NCBI RefSeq assembly: GCF_006345805.1
Contig: NW_021823649.1
Span: 1 to 21,731, forward strand
Direction of reading: 5' to 3'
Length of the DNA: 21,731 bases
DNA from: Octopus sinensis
Taxonomy: Eukaryota
Shown: positions 19,983 to 21,731 of the stretch, piece by piece
Layout: every line of letters begins with the position of its first letter
Position numbering within the stretch: the first letter of the stretch is position 1
The notes under the pieces: generated by a model
What the model was told of the DNA's origin: nothing
The model's input: only the letters and a program-made list of their open reading frames with translations
Database searches by the model: none
Position numbers and translations under genes: made by a program

Positions 19983-20248
19983 GCATGTATGAATATATGT
20001 ATGTGTTTGTTCATCAGTGTTTGTCCCCCATCGCTTGACAACCGATGTTGGAGTGTTTACGTCCCCGTGACTTAGCAAATCGGCAACGAGTCTGATAGAA
20101 TAAGTCCTAGGGTCGATCTGTTTGACTAAAGGCGATGCACACACACACACACACACACACATACGCACATACACACATACGCACACACACACACACGCAC
20201 ACACGCACACACACACACACACATACACACACACATACATATATATAT
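19885..20248 (+). mobile_element. SINE family B tail (~20000-20137) between (CA)n tracts
   Basis: GTGTTTGTCCCCCATCGCTTGACAACCGATGTTGG.GTGTTTACGTCCCCGTGACTTAGC...GATAGAATAAGTCCTAGGGTCGAT. Confidence 0.85.
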
Positions 20249-20611
20249 AAATGGAACAAAAATGCAATAGAGGGCATTAAAACGTTTTCGGACAGATAGA
20301 CGACACAAAGGCGGACAAGAGAAAGAACATTTTTGTTTCTCTTGTCAGGCAAAATTAGGCCAGGCAAAAAAGACAAGTCATTCTTAGCTTTCTTTCTTCA
20401 GTCAAGTGCCAGAAGTCATGACCATTTCGGACAGTTACATTTGAAATGGTTCGATCTGGTTGTCCCCCAAAACATCTAAGCTAGGAGCATTAGACCCCTT
20501 TGTAAGAAAACCAGCGAATGTGTATGGCAACAAAGAAAAAAAGAAAAAAAAAAAACACGGAGAACATGGTACACAATTACGAATACAAACAAAAAATAAC
20601 AAATATATTAT

Positions 20612-20642
<31 letters not shown>

Positions 20643-21049
20643 ATATAATATATATATACAGAATTATATATATCTATGTATACAGAATATATACAAATTA
20701 TGAATACAGCAAGAAATAACAACAACAACACACACACCACATATACGTATGCATGCTAGTGGTTATACGCTAATCTGCATGGACGTGTGTGCAAGTTGTA
20801 TGCTAGTCACCACATGCATGCTATAATATATCTATTTATATATATACATATATACCAAATACAGTATGACATCGGCACATCTATATTATTCTAATGTTGT
20901 TACCATAACAACAATTTAGGTAATATTTTTACCAAAAAATCATTCTTCTATTCTTTCGTTCGTTTATTCTATTCTATTCCATTCTTTCCAATTTTCTTTT
21001 CTTTTTCTCTTTCAACTTCATTCATTGCTTTCTTTTATACTTGTTCTTA

Positions 21050-21076
21050 CCACACACACACACACACACACGCGCG

Positions 21077-21110
<34 letters not shown>

Positions 21111-21320
21111 CATCTCCCATTCTTTTTTCCTTTCTATATCTGTTACCCCTCTGTGATGTTTTTGTTTTTGCATTTCTACCATTATCCTTTCATTCTTCTT
21201 CCCTTTCCCTCTTCATATTTTGTTTTTCCCGCATGGTTTCGGTACCCTTCGCTTCCTTTCTTCCATTCTTTCTTTTTCTGTTCTTTCATTTCCTTATTAT
21301 TTCTTGTTGTTTTGCTCCCC

Positions 21321-21360
<40 letters not shown>

Positions 21361-21731
21361 ATCCATCTACCACTCCTACCCTACGTACTACCTACCTACC
21401 TCCTACCTACCTACCTACCTACCACTACCTACCTATCCTATACCTATCTACCTCCTACCTACCTACCTACCTAACCTATCTACCTACCTCCTCCTACCTA
21501 CCCTACTATCTACATAACCTACCTACCTACCTACTACCTACCTACCTCCCGACCGACCTACCTACGCTCTCTACCTACCTCCTACCCACCTATCAACCTG
21601 TCTGCTTATATTACCTTTCTTCATCATTCTTCCTTCATTCTTTCACACTTTCCCCCTCCTTCACCTCCTTCACCTCCTTCTTCTCGTCTTTACTTTCTTT
21701 CTTTCATCATCATCCTACCGCCAAATATTCC
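21050..21731. repeat. Pyrimidine-rich low-complexity tract with (CA)n, (CT)n and (CTAC)n
   Basis: Directly visible. Confidence 0.9.

Noticed and set aside
20436-20500. Possible minus-strand exon GSNAPSLDVLGDNQIEPFQM and a strong plus-strand acceptor at 20400
   Set aside because: The two readings conflict, the plus-strand frames close quickly and I recognise no homolog.
109-21517. Dozens of 60-180 aa ORFs rich in YI/HT/CV/MY, poly-L/F/S or poly-K/E/R
   Set aside because: They are translations of stop-free microsatellites such as (TA)n, (CA)n, (TACA)n and (CTT)n, with no protein-like complexity.

Overview
Repeat-dense, AT-rich eukaryotic DNA, probably intronic or intergenic. The SINE families and microsatellite load point to an octopus/cephalopod genome (inference). 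I can support no intact host protein-coding gene; nearly all ORF-track entries are translations of microsatellites. The window holds: a 5'-inverted RTE-like LINE fragment; two adjacent, TIR-complete but decayed Tc1/mariner elements (DD37D maT-type and DD36E-spaced Tc1-type); a TTAA-flanked piggyBac-type foldback MITE carrying a piece of Tc1 transposase; an internally deleted Tc1 whose empty site survives in a local tandem duplicate; many copies of two tRNA-like SINE families; and an element with ~465-bp direct repeats. The most notable signal is three minimal type I hammerhead-ribozyme motifs of the Penelope-associated kind, one with a compensatory U3-A8 core. All motif calls and alignments were made by eye and need computational confirmation.
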